DNA of 64,000 nucleotides from Candidatus Poribacteria bacterium (GTDB lineage: Bacteria; Poribacteria; WGA-4E; WGA-3G). Every line of letters begins with the position of its first letter. The first letter of the stretch is position 1. Below the pieces are notes generated by a model, which did not search any database, was not told the origin of the DNA, and saw nothing but the letters and a program-made list of their open reading frames with translations. The stretch covers positions 2,912,001 through 2,976,000 of the forward strand of contig OZ251518.1 in assembly GCA_965242965.1 (NCBI GenBank), read 5' to 3'. Position numbers and translations under genes: made by a program. This document shows, piece after piece, positions 9,224 through 19,255 of the stretch.

Positions 9224-12200
9224 ATGAAAAAACGAACGTTCGTTTGTTTTTTGATTTTTACATTGTGTGTTTTTCACAGTTCGCTGCCAGGCACTGTTTT
9301 CGGACAGGATGCCTCGCTAGCCGAACAGGTACTGGAAAAATACAGCGAGACGTTGCAACGGGAGGACATTCAAGAAATCCTTCCGGATGTCCTGGAGGGG
9401 CTTAAAGCACCGAATATTCAAGCACTCTTGAATCCGGATACTATCACGCTCGTCGTGACCCAGCCGGATCTGCTTGCGCGATTCGTGCCTGACATAGACC
9501 CGAAATTCGTAACGCTGCTGAAAGAGGATGCGGAACTCAAGACGATGCTCCAAGATGCGCAAGTGCAGAAATTGCTTACGCAGCCTGCAGCCATCGACGA
9601 ACTTGCAGCCGCGCTGAACGTAGTGGAGCCTCCGCCGGAAGTGGCACCACCTGTAGAGATGCCGCCAGTAGAGGAGCCGCCGGTAGTCGTTGACCCGCCG
9701 GAAGTGACACCACCCGTAGAGATGCCGACTTCGCTCGCTCAGCAAGTGCTTGCCGCGCATAGCGCGACGCTCATGCGAGCCGATATTCAAGCGGTACTCC
9801 CGGCTGTCTTGGAGGGGCTTAAGGCACCGGATATTCAAGGAATCCTGAATCCGCAGACTATCGGGTTAGTCGTCGCGAATCCAGATATTCTAACGGACTT
9901 CGTGCCTGGAATAGACCCGGCCTTCGTAACGCTGCTGAAAGAGGATGCGCAACTCAAGACGATGCTCAGCGATATGCAAGTTCAAGAGTTGCTGCAGAAT
10001 CCTGCCGCAATTGACGAACTCGCAGCGTTGCTCAACGTCGGAGAACAACCGGCTGTTGACCCGCCGGAGGTGGCACCACCCGTAGAAATGCCGCAGGAGG
10101 AAGTGGCACCACCCGTAGAGATGCCGACTTCGCTCGCTCAGCAAGTGCTTGCCGCGCATAGCGCGACGCTTATGCGGGCCGATATTCAAGCGGTTCTCCC
10201 GGATGTCTTAACGGCTTTGCAAGCTCCGGATATTCAAGAGCAACTGAATCCGGCTATCATCGGTGCAGCTATCGCGAATCCAGACATATTAGCGGCCGTC
10301 GGGGTTGAGCAGCCTTTCATCGACTTGCTGAAAACGGATGCGGAACTCCAGACAATGCTCAGCGATATGCAAGTGCAAGCATTGCTGCAGAATCCCGCCG
10401 CAATTAACGAACTCGCAGGGTTACTTGTTGGCGAACAGCCGGTGGAACCACCAGTAGAGCCGCCCGTTGTAGTGGATCCGCCACCTATTGTGCCGCCCGT
10501 TGGACAGGCAGATCCGTTCGCGCCGATAACACCGGCAAACGAATCGATTGTTGGCAAATCCCGTCTCGGCGGACTTGATAACAATAGACTCTCTGGCAGA
10601 CAATTTGTGAGTGAAGTCTTTGAAGCAATGGGAATCTCGTTGGAGACCTTGGCGGCTTTCGGATACACGCAAGACAAGGTGATTGACGAAATCCTTAATC
10701 TGGTTCCCCAGGGCATGATTCCGAAAAAGCAGATCAAGCAGGTTCTCGCCTCCAAGCATATCAAATACTTTGACGATGTGATTGATGGGCAAGACCTTGG
10801 GCAACAACTCGATTACGAGAATTTTGGAAACGCCATCACACCGATGCTCTTGGAGTTGGCTTACCAAAATGAGCCTAACCGCAAATACGTCACGAGAGAT
10901 AACCTGAACGTTTACGCGCGTGTGCCGTCAGCGAACGTCGGTGGGGTTCAGTTTAGCCTTACTGATGGGCGGACGGTGGAAGGAACGCAAATCACTTCTG
11001 CAGCATTCGGAGCAGATACGTTCCCGTATACCTTCCGTTTGGAAGAAACGCTCGCCGCGACGAACCTGCCTGCATGGCCGGGTTTGGACTCGCAGTTGTT
11101 TTCCAACGTTGTTCTTCGCTACTCGCAAACCGGGTTGACAGGCGACTATATCGCCGTTGAGATGCAACCGGCAACCGGTGCAGATGGCGGTGTCGTTTGG
11201 GAAACGGAGATAGGTATCACGGCAGGTAGCACTTACTACTACTTTGAAGTAATGCTCGCCGAACCGGTGACACTTGAGGTGCTGGATCGGGAGAAGATTG
11301 CCGCTATTGTGCAGCATGTGCTAGGCGGGAATACCGTGAGTATGGCTGAAGTGCTGCATGCAACGAAGTCCTACACGATTGAAGGATGGGCAATGCCAGA
11401 CCCGCGCAACCTTCAACTCGCAGACCGCGGTATCATCAACGCGATTTTCACGTCAGACTTCAAAGCCGCTCTGATTGGTGCAATGGCTGGCCCAATTAGC
11501 AAAGCAACCAGTGGGCAGCAACTGACTGCCAACGACATCGTGAACGCGCTAGGAAAACACCAGAGGAAACTTCAGAACATCCTCTTCCGGAACGCTAACG
11601 CGTTGACAACACAGTTTGAGAACGCATTCGACCCGATGTTGTCCTCAGTCTTCACTCTCCCGCGTATTGATGCCGCAACGGAATCCATCTGGGCAGCCAG
11701 TATTGATTCCATTGCCGATGGCAACTATTACTTGGGTGCCGTTGTTCTCGATGCGAATGGAAATCCGCTGGATCAGATGCAAGGCGAATTTACCGTTGAT
11801 ACCAGCGCGCCAGATGCAGGCATTCATATTACCCCAGGCGCAAACGCCACCGGGTATATGAACGAAGAAGGCGTTTATGTCGCCACCGCGCCAGCAGCTG
11901 GCACTACCGCAACACTGAATATCACGGGGACCCCGAAGGTGGCTGACGTAGCACCGGGCGAAGGGTATCTCTTCTATCAAGAGATTAAACTGGATGCCGA
12001 CGGGATGCCGCAAAGCGCGTGGGCACCGCTCACGGTGGATGCCACGATGCTTGCATCGCGTATCTGGGATGAAACCCTTGCACAGTTGGACCGGCAGGGA
12101 GCTATTCCCAAGCAGTTCTCGTTTATCCAAGGCGTGCCTTTTGAGCAAGTCTTGGCACTGCTCAGCCCCGGGCTGATTCAACAGTATGCCAACCCGTTCC

Positions 12201-15200
12201 TTAAACAGTATGTCAATCCGACTCTCAAGCAGGTCGCGCCAAAGATAGGCGACGCGCAGCTCTCTGAAGAGGACAGTCAGACGTTACTTGACATCTTGGG
12301 GGCTACCCTCGATCTGATTAATTCGATTCCGATTACCTACGGTGAACCGAATAATACGGTAACGATGGCGATTCAGGGTGAGCAGATGCCTCTCCTGCTT
12401 GGCGATTACGGCGTTCGGGCCATGGGAATTGATACACTCTTTAATATCAGTGCCCACACCGCGCCGACGCACATCAGGATTGTCAGCCCCGAATATGACA
12501 CCGCAGCGGTGACGCTCGCTGTCATTGGCGATTGTAACGGGGACGGCGATACCGATGACCCGGGTGAAAGTGGTGCAATCGGTGACTTAACCATTTACGC
12601 CAATACGACAGAGAATATCATGCTTACGGTTGCTATCGGCAATCGCACGGCGCATCCAGCATCCGTGATGGTGCAATACATGGATGCAAGTGGCGCATGG
12701 CAAAATATTAACGAAGTCGATCTGGCGGGTGTCGCCGCGGGTGACACAATTGAAGTAAGTTGGAACGTCGCAGACTTTGACGCGCTCGTCGGCGCAGGCA
12801 GCAGTGTGATGGTGCGTGCAGTCGCAGCCAACGCGCTTGGCCTGGCAGACCCCGAGCCAGTCTCGGCACAGATGATGTTAGACGCAGGTATCTGCCCGGT
12901 TGTGCCGGAAGTCGTGGCAATTACTGTCACGCCTGCAGAAACAAATCCGGACAGTGGCGCGCCGCAAGGCATGCTTACTGTGAACGCAACTACGCCGGAA
13001 CGCACAACTTCTCCTGTCACCGCTGTCCGGTTTGAAGCAAAACGGGCTGGAGACGCGGCATGGGCAACTATCGCAACGGTTGATAGTGCCACCGGCCAGG
13101 AATGGAGTGCCGCCGTTGATACCACGACTTTGGAAGACTCTATCACAGCAGCGAGTCCCGCGGCACGTGATGCCTCCAAAGACGATAATCTCTATACAGT
13201 GCGCGCGATTGCTATCGCCGATGGCGCAGACCATCCCTCCGCTGCCACCGCGACATTCTCGCTAGACAATGTTGATGACGTGGCACCGTTAGGGCCAACG
13301 GCTATTCTCCTCGTTGAGGATAGTGCGGGTGTTATTGCACCCGATGGCAGTGGTGAATACAAACTGGGTGGCATCGTTGACGAATCAGTGGATGCACCTG
13401 TCGCCACGTTTACGCTTCAGCCTGCAGCCGCTCCCAATACGTATGCCTCGGTGAAGTTGGTGCAAACCGATGCCGATGGCACCGTCACTGAAATTGATGG
13501 TGAAGCCGGTATGCTGAAAATCACCGTGGATGTCGGTGCATTGGAGAATGCTGCATATACTTTCCACGCCTTAGCGGTAGACGCTGCTGGCAACGTGCAG
13601 ACAGATGAATCGCCCACAACGACTACCAACGTAGCGAACTTCCGGGTGGCAGATGTCAGTGATGTTGCCGTGACGGCTGTTGATGGCATGAGCGTCGAAA
13701 ATCCAGAATCGCCGGTTGCGCGCGACTCCTTCACGATAAGTCTCACGGTTGCCAACGGCACCGTGGCATCGGGAGAACTGAGCGTAACTATCGACGGCAA
13801 TGCCGCAACAAGCGAAACGGTGGAAGGACCGGCAAATACATTCTCACTGACGGTAGATGTTTCAACACTGCCTGATGGGAAGTATACTCCGAATGCTGTT
13901 GTCACTCAGCGCAATGGCGCGGTATCCATTGAATTGGCATCGATTACGGTAGCCCCGCAAATCAAGGCAATTACGGTTGACGCTGCGGAAAAGACGAATC
14001 CGGATAGTGGCGCGCCGCAAGGCATGCTTACCATCAACGGATATACGTCACAACGCGCAACTTCGGATACCACCGCGATGCGGTTTCAAGCCAAGCAAAG
14101 CGGCGACACGGAGTGGAAAGACATCGGCACGACTGATGTAAGCGACTCCGTTGCTGTGGAAGGACAGGAACTCGTCGACATTATCGAAGACCTGGTTGGC
14201 ACTGTCGCTAGCGGGAAAGAGGAGGTGCCGATTTCGACTACTGCCCGGAAATGGACAGCGTCGATTGACACAACCGAGTTGGAAGATACCATCACCGCGG
14301 ACAGTGCCGCGGCACGCGATGTCTCCAAAGATGATAACACCTATATGGTGCGCGCCATCCTCAGTGTCAACGGCACGGAAATCATGTCACCTGCAGGTGT
14401 CACCGCGACATTCTCCGTGGACAACGTCGATGATGTCGCACCGCTGGGGCCGACGGCTATTCTCCTCGTTGAAGATACCGCCGGTGAGATTATCCCAGAC
14501 GAAGCGGGTGCCTACACAGTAGGTGGTATTGTTGACGACTCGCTGGATGCACCTGTCGCCACGTTTACCATTCAACCGACAGCCGCCGCCGATACCTATG
14601 ACTCGGTGAAGTTGGTGCAAACCACAGCCGATGGCACCGTCACTGACATTGATGGCGAGGCTGGCGAGATGGCAATCACGGTAGCAGTCAGTGCGTTGGA
14701 AAACGCGCAGTATGGCTTCCACGCCTTGGCGGTTGATGCTGCCGGCAACGTGCAGACAGATGAATCGCCGACAACCACTGTTAACGTTCTGAACTTCCGA
14801 CTCGCGGACATCAGTGACTTAGCAGTGACAGCAGTTGACGGTGAAGCTGTAGCAGAACCGCCCGCAGAACCAATTCCGCTCACAACTTCGGTAACGGTAG
14901 GTTTCACGGTTGCCAACGGTTCCTTAAGTCTGGAAGATGTGACAGGAGGAACTGTCAACGGCAGCGAGATGCCAATCGAAACGGCGGAAGAACCGGAGAA
15001 TACCTTCGCATTGACGGTAGATGTATCCGGACTGCCCGATGGGCTCTATACACCTTCGGGTGTCATCACCCAACGGAACGGTTCAGTCTCCTTCCCGCTT
15101 TCGGCGAGTGATGCGATGATTAACGTGGATAACACCGCGCCAATGGTGACGCTTGAGGCACCGTTAGCCGGACATACCATTGACAGTCTGCCGACCGTCC

Positions 15201-16984
15201 TCGCTACCTACGATGATGGCGCGGGGACAGGTGTTGACGGAGCTACCGGTAACTTGGCACTGATGCGCATCCGTCCCGGCAACGCCGAAGATGAGGTGGT
15301 AGACGTAGATCAGGCGATGCTTGAAAAAGATGCCGCCCAGTTAGTCTACACCCGCAACGAGCAGCTGCCCGGTGGTGCCTATCGCATTGTCGTGGAAGTC
15401 GCCGATATCCTCGGAAACGTCGGTGAGGCATCTGTGGAATTCGCTATCAGTGGCACAATCCCCACGGTCGCGATTCAGTCACCTGCCTCCGGACAAACGT
15501 TTGAGCATGGAAACCCGCTCATCAGTGGTGAATTTTCCGGCGCAGGCGAGTTGACAGTGACGACATTTACCGTTGACGGTGTAGACGCAACCCCAGTGGT
15601 AGACGGGAACAGATTCTCGTATACCCCGGCGGACGCGTTAGCCGATGGCGAGCACACCGTTGCAGTCGAAGTTACAGACAGCAATGGTAAGACAGCGCAG
15701 ACATCCGTCGTTTTCATGGTGAAAGTGCCGAAAGACACGACACCCCCTGTTATTTCCGAAGCGGCTCCCTCGGGGCTCGTCAAGGGTGATAGCTGGGTAA
15801 CCATCTCCGCCGTTGTAACAGACGAGCAATCGGACGTGGTCACGGTGAGATTCGGTATTAACGACAAACCGCTCCGCTCCGTGCCTTCCGCGCAGATCGC
15901 TGATGGACGTATTAACGTCGCTGACAGCTTCACGCCAGGAACGCACAAACTCAAAGTGGTTGCAATCAGCGAAGGTGGAACGACTGAACATTCATGGACG
16001 TTCACCCTCGTCGTTGATAACGTCGCACCGACAATCACATCTATTACACCGTCTGGAACTATCCGCGCGGGACTCCCGACAATCTCGGCGAGTGCCAACG
16101 ATGAATCCGGCGTTGACGAAATGTCTATCGTCGTGATGGATAGCGACGGCGACGAGGTGGAAGGCAGCGACGCAGACGATGGCGAAGACGATGTTGAAGG
16201 TATCACCCGCATCGACTTCATTCCGGAGAACCCTCTTGACGAGGGGACTTATACGATTGAAGTTCGCGCAACGGATACCATCGGAAATTCCGCGACGGCA
16301 AAGGGAACTTTCACCGTTGATTTCGACACGGCAGCCCCTGTCATCACCATGTCATCCCCACAACAGGATGCACGGCTGACAGAACGCCGCCCGACGATTT
16401 CAATCACCTTCACCGATGCCGAATCCGGTGTGGATGTCGATTCCCTCAGATTCGTTCTCGATGATCAGCTGATTAACCTCACATCGCAGCAGAAGTCAGC
16501 ATCGCAGGTGGTTTACGTGCCACAGGCTGAACTCTCCTTCGGACTGCATACGGTTAAACTGGAAGTGTCTGACATGGCGCACAAAGAGGGCAACGTCTCC
16601 GATAAGAACGGCGATGCCCGGCAGGCGAACATGGCAGTCCACGAGTTCAGTTTCTTCGTTGAGAGCGAGGAAGGGCCCGTCTTGGCCGCTCGGCCGATAA
16701 ACGCGCCGAATCCGTTCAAGGAGAATACGCGGATTTCCTTCACGCTGACCCGGCAATCCACGGTGAGCATTGTCATTTACGACATGACGCTCCGTCCGGT
16801 GCGGGTGCTGGTGGATAACGAAGTCTGGGATGCAGGCGAGTATATCGGCAAAAATGCAATCGGTTGGGATGGAACAACAACCGGTGGCGAAGACTTAGCT
16901 CGGGGCATCTACTTCTGCCAGATTATAGTGGCAGATGGGTTTGAGCCAGAATACGTTATTCTGAAACTCGCCCTGACGCGCTAA
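9224..16984 (+). CDS. Giant secreted/surface protein: three N-terminal helical repeats, many bacterial Ig-like domains, C-terminal T9SS type A / FlgD-Ig-like sorting domain
   Basis: ATG 9224 after GAGGAGG; signal peptide; SLA(E/Q)QVL...AAI(D/N)ELA x3 with PEV-rich linkers; two TNPDSGAPQG...DNVDDVAPLGP repeats; VDNTAP/DTTPP Ig boundaries; PNPF...ISF...IYD...WDG...LARGIYF C-terminus. Confidence 0.88.
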   Translation: MKKRTFVCFLIFTLCVFHSSLPGTVFGQDASLAEQVLEKYSETLQREDIQEILPDVLEGLKAPNIQALLNPDTITLVVTQPDLLARFVPDIDPKFVTLLKEDAELKTMLQDAQVQKLLTQPAAIDELAAALNVVEPPPEVAPPVEMPPVEEPPVVVDPPEVTPPVEMPTSLAQQVLAAHSATLMRADIQAVLPAVLEGLKAPDIQGILNPQTIGLVVANPDILTDFVPGIDPAFVTLLKEDAQLKTMLSDMQVQELLQNPAAIDELAALLNVGEQPAVDPPEVAPPVEMPQEEVAPPVEMPTSLAQQVLAAHSATLMRADIQAVLPDVLTALQAPDIQEQLNPAIIGAAIANPDILAAVGVEQPFIDLLKTDAELQTMLSDMQVQALLQNPAAINELAGLLVGEQPVEPPVEPPVVVDPPPIVPPVGQADPFAPITPANESIVGKSRLGGLDNNRLSGRQFVSEVFEAMGISLETLAAFGYTQDKVIDEILNLVPQGMIPKKQIKQVLASKHIKYFDDVIDGQDLGQQLDYENFGNAITPMLLELAYQNEPNRKYVTRDNLNVYARVPSANVGGVQFSLTDGRTVEGTQITSAAFGADTFPYTFRLEETLAATNLPAWPGLDSQLFSNVVLRYSQTGLTGDYIAVEMQPATGADGGVVWETEIGITAGSTYYYFEVMLAEPVTLEVLDREKIAAIVQHVLGGNTVSMAEVLHATKSYTIEGWAMPDPRNLQLADRGIINAIFTSDFKAALIGAMAGPISKATSGQQLTANDIVNALGKHQRKLQNILFRNANALTTQFENAFDPMLSSVFTLPRIDAATESIWAASIDSIADGNYYLGAVVLDANGNPLDQMQGEFTVDTSAPDAGIHITPGANATGYMNEEGVYVATAPAAGTTATLNITGTPKVADVAPGEGYLFYQEIKLDADGMPQSAWAPLTVDATMLASRIWDETLAQLDRQGAIPKQFSFIQGVPFEQVLALLSPGLIQQYANPFLKQYVNPTLKQVAPKIGDAQLSEEDSQTLLDILGATLDLINSIPITYGEPNNTVTMAIQGEQMPLLLGDYGVRAMGIDTLFNISAHTAPTHIRIVSPEYDTAAVTLAVIGDCNGDGDTDDPGESGAIGDLTIYANTTENIMLTVAIGNRTAHPASVMVQYMDASGAWQNINEVDLAGVAAGDTIEVSWNVADFDALVGAGSSVMVRAVAANALGLADPEPVSAQMMLDAGICPVVPEVVAITVTPAETNPDSGAPQGMLTVNATTPERTTSPVTAVRFEAKRAGDAAWATIATVDSATGQEWSAAVDTTTLEDSITAASPAARDASKDDNLYTVRAIAIADGADHPSAATATFSLDNVDDVAPLGPTAILLVEDSAGVIAPDGSGEYKLGGIVDESVDAPVATFTLQPAAAPNTYASVKLVQTDADGTVTEIDGEAGMLKITVDVGALENAAYTFHALAVDAAGNVQTDESPTTTTNVANFRVADVSDVAVTAVDGMSVENPESPVARDSFTISLTVANGTVASGELSVTIDGNAATSETVEGPANTFSLTVDVSTLPDGKYTPNAVVTQRNGAVSIELASITVAPQIKAITVDAAEKTNPDSGAPQGMLTINGYTSQRATSDTTAMRFQAKQSGDTEWKDIGTTDVSDSVAVEGQELVDIIEDLVGTVASGKEEVPISTTARKWTASIDTTELEDTITADSAAARDVSKDDNTYMVRAILSVNGTEIMSPAGVTATFSVDNVDDVAPLGPTAILLVEDTAGEIIPDEAGAYTVGGIVDDSLDAPVATFTIQPTAAADTYDSVKLVQTTADGTVTDIDGEAGEMAITVAVSALENAQYGFHALAVDAAGNVQTDESPTTTVNVLNFRLADISDLAVTAVDGEAVAEPPAEPIPLTTSVTVGFTVANGSLSLEDVTGGTVNGSEMPIETAEEPENTFALTVDVSGLPDGLYTPSGVITQRNGSVSFPLSASDAMINVDNTAPMVTLEAPLAGHTIDSLPTVLATYDDGAGTGVDGATGNLALMRIRPGNAEDEVVDVDQAMLEKDAAQLVYTRNEQLPGGAYRIVVEVADILGNVGEASVEFAISGTIPTVAIQSPASGQTFEHGNPLISGEFSGAGELTVTTFTVDGVDATPVVDGNRFSYTPADALADGEHTVAVEVTDSNGKTAQTSVVFMVKVPKDTTPPVISEAAPSGLVKGDSWVTISAVVTDEQSDVVTVRFGINDKPLRSVPSAQIADGRINVADSFTPGTHKLKVVAISEGGTTEHSWTFTLVVDNVAPTITSITPSGTIRAGLPTISASANDESGVDEMSIVVMDSDGDEVEGSDADDGEDDVEGITRIDFIPENPLDEGTYTIEVRATDTIGNSATAKGTFTVDFDTAAPVITMSSPQQDARLTERRPTISITFTDAESGVDVDSLRFVLDDQLINLTSQQKSASQVVYVPQAELSFGLHTVKLEVSDMAHKEGNVSDKNGDARQANMAVHEFSFFVESEEGPVLAARPINAPNPFKENTRISFTLTRQSTVSIVIYDMTLRPVRVLVDNEVWDAGEYIGKNAIGWDGTTTGGEDLARGIYFCQIIVADGFEPEYVILKLALTR

Positions 16985-17005
16985 GTCAATAGGTGTCTAC
17001 TGCAT

Positions 17006-17038
17006 CGGGGAATGGGCGGCCCTCCCGTTCATTCCCCG
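17006..17038 (+). terminator. GC-rich hairpin after the giant gene (stabiliser/attenuator; no U-tract)
   Basis: CGGGGAATGGGCGG...CCGTTCATTCCCCG inverted repeat. Confidence 0.5.
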
Positions 17039-17123
17039 TGGTAGATGCTGAAGGACTCGCGACCGGAAGGTCGCGCCTATACAAAGGCTCGCGACCGGGA
17101 GGTCGCGCCTACAGGAGGATATA

Positions 17124-18101
17124 ATGTCTACAACAAAGCAACTTGCGAGATGGGGCACATTGCTCTGCGGTTTAATCCCCGTTTTGTTTCTTATCCTAGC
17201 CGTGTCACCGGTCAGTTTCGCGGGTGTGAATGCGATGCCGCACTTGAAACTCGGTGCCGGTGCACGTTCGATCGGGCTGGGCGGTGCTTTCACGGCAATA
17301 GCCGATGATGCGACAGCCACCGTCTGGAATCCGGCAGGCCTCGGTGCTGGGCAAGATAGCCTCAATTTTTCTACCCAGCGGCTTTCCTTGGATAGAACGC
17401 ATAACTTTTTCGCCGTGACGAAGTCCCTCGGCAGCGGCTCGCTTGGGCTCGCCGTGACAAACGCCGGCGTGAGCGGTATCGCGCAATACGATGCGAATGA
17501 GCGTTACGGCGGTGAATTCAACTACAGCGCGAACGCGTATTCCCTCTCTTACGGCCACGGACTCGGCAGCCTCAATATCGGGCTCAGTGCCCGGATGCTG
17601 ATGGATAACTTCGGCGCAGAAAGCGTTGAAAACCAGAGCGGCTTCGGCGGTGTTGATGTCGGTTTGATGGGACACGCACTCGCTATTGACGTGGGTGAGG
17701 AAGAAATGCCGACGTTCCACTACGGTATCGTCGCGAAATACCTCGGTGCCTCCCTCGGCGATGATGCCGTGCCGATGGTTATCAACGTGGGCGTAGCCTA
17801 TGATATTTACATGGGCAACGTTGTCACCTTCGCAGCCGATCTGGAACACGAGATGGTGACGGTGGACGAGAGCACTACCGGCGTTCGCCTCGGTGCTGAA
17901 TACACGATTGTCACCTACAAATCCACGCAGTTTGCCCTCCGCGGCGGTGTGAGAGCCACGCGCGATGTGCAGAACCTCTTCGGTGGATTCGGCGTGAACA
18001 TCGGCGGTTTACAGATTGACTACGCCATCCAAGACGGTATGGCGAGCGAAATCAACGGAGTCGGAACAACGCACTTTGCGTCCCTCTCTTATAGTTTCTA
18101 A
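17124..18101 (+). CDS. PorV/PorQ-family outer-membrane beta-barrel
   Basis: LKLGAGARSIGLGGAFTAIADDATATVWNPAGL signature; C-terminal SLSYSF; AGGAGG RBS. Confidence 0.85.
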   Translation: MSTTKQLARWGTLLCGLIPVLFLILAVSPVSFAGVNAMPHLKLGAGARSIGLGGAFTAIADDATATVWNPAGLGAGQDSLNFSTQRLSLDRTHNFFAVTKSLGSGSLGLAVTNAGVSGIAQYDANERYGGEFNYSANAYSLSYGHGLGSLNIGLSARMLMDNFGAESVENQSGFGGVDVGLMGHALAIDVGEEEMPTFHYGIVAKYLGASLGDDAVPMVINVGVAYDIYMGNVVTFAADLEHEMVTVDESTTGVRLGAEYTIVTYKSTQFALRGGVRATRDVQNLFGGFGVNIGGLQIDYAIQDGMASEINGVGTTHFASLSYSF

Positions 18102-18174
18102 ACAGACTGACCGGCAGGTGCGATGGGAGCCTGCTCCTGTCGACTCCCCGGTCTCAGCGTAAAGGAGAAACCTG

Positions 18175-19038
18175 ATGAAAATGATAAGAGCCACGCTGAA
18201 GTTGGCACTGGTGCTCTACATTTGCACGGCACTCAGTGGCGTTTACGTGTTATCCGCCTCCGCCAAAATCACACCACACGCTGGCGACGAAGATACGATG
18301 TTAGTCACCATTGTGAAGGGTGACACGCTCTGGCATCTGTGCCAGGAGCATCTGAAGGACCCGCTCCGCTGGCGCGAGCTGAGCAAATACAACGATTTCA
18401 CGAATCCACACCTCATCTATCCCGGTGAAAAGCTCCGGATTCCGGTAGCCATGGTCAAGGAGATAGTTCAGGCGGAAGAGGAAGATATCGTGATGCAGCA
18501 AGAGGAACTCGAAAAACTTCAGGCGGAGTTGGAAGAGTCCGAAGCGACGCGCGAGAAACTGATGGCGGAAATCGAGGAGTTTAACGAGAAGGTTGCGGAA
18601 CTCAAGGGCGAACTCAAGGCACTTGAAGAAACCCTGAAATCGCAAGAGCATTTGATGGAAGCGGTGCACGAATCCGCACACGAACTCGGTTCTCACATGG
18701 AAGAGGCACTTGAAGCCAATACGGCCGCTATCAAAAAGCAGTTCGCGCACCTTGATGAGCACATCGAGGCGTTAGGGGAAATGCTTGAAGAGCGCATAAC
18801 GCACGCGAACACAATCCACAAACTCGTTGAAGAGCTTCAAGGGAACGTAGCGATGTCTTTGGAACAGATCGAAATGAGCCAAAAGGGTGTCGCTGAGATG
18901 AAAATGATGCTCAAGGATGCGAAAGGCGTGCATGAGGAAATGTCCTCAAACAAACGGACTTTGGTATTCCTGACGACGGCCGTCGCAGGCATCGGATGGC
19001 TCGCCATCAATCTGATTGGCGGCCGCAGCGGCGACTAA
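18175..19038 (+). CDS. LysM peptidoglycan-binding protein with a long coiled coil and a C-terminal TM helix
   Basis: IVKGDTLWHL...NPHLIYPGEKLRIP; E/K/L-rich heptads; hydrophobic C-terminus. Confidence 0.88.
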   Translation: MKMIRATLKLALVLYICTALSGVYVLSASAKITPHAGDEDTMLVTIVKGDTLWHLCQEHLKDPLRWRELSKYNDFTNPHLIYPGEKLRIPVAMVKEIVQAEEEDIVMQQEELEKLQAELEESEATREKLMAEIEEFNEKVAELKGELKALEETLKSQEHLMEAVHESAHELGSHMEEALEANTAAIKKQFAHLDEHIEALGEMLEERITHANTIHKLVEELQGNVAMSLEQIEMSQKGVAEMKMMLKDAKGVHEEMSSNKRTLVFLTTAVAGIGWLAINLIGGRSGD

Positions 19039-19153
19039 GTCACGCCCGGGAACTCGTTCCTACCCGATGAGGCGTGGAAAGTGTTCCAGGCACCTAACAG
19101 GCCGTGCCTAACGGAAACCCTGTTATCGGATGTCCCTCTCGAACGCTACTTAG

Positions 19154-19190
19154 GCAGGGAAGGTGTTTTAGGCACCCTCCCTGCTTTTTT
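19154..19190 (+). terminator. Rho-independent terminator
   Basis: GCAGGGAAGGTG...CACCCTCCCTGC followed by TTTTTT. Confidence 0.8.
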
Positions 19191-19255
19191 GTAGGTTTCG
19201 TTCGATGTGTAAGGGTGGATGTCTCTCTCCGGCCGAAGGATACCCGACGAAATTC

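Noticed and set aside
19060-19130. Hammerhead ribozyme
   Set aside because: CCGATGA...GAAA resembles the core but lacks the invariant CUGA, and the three helices cannot be drawn convincingly.
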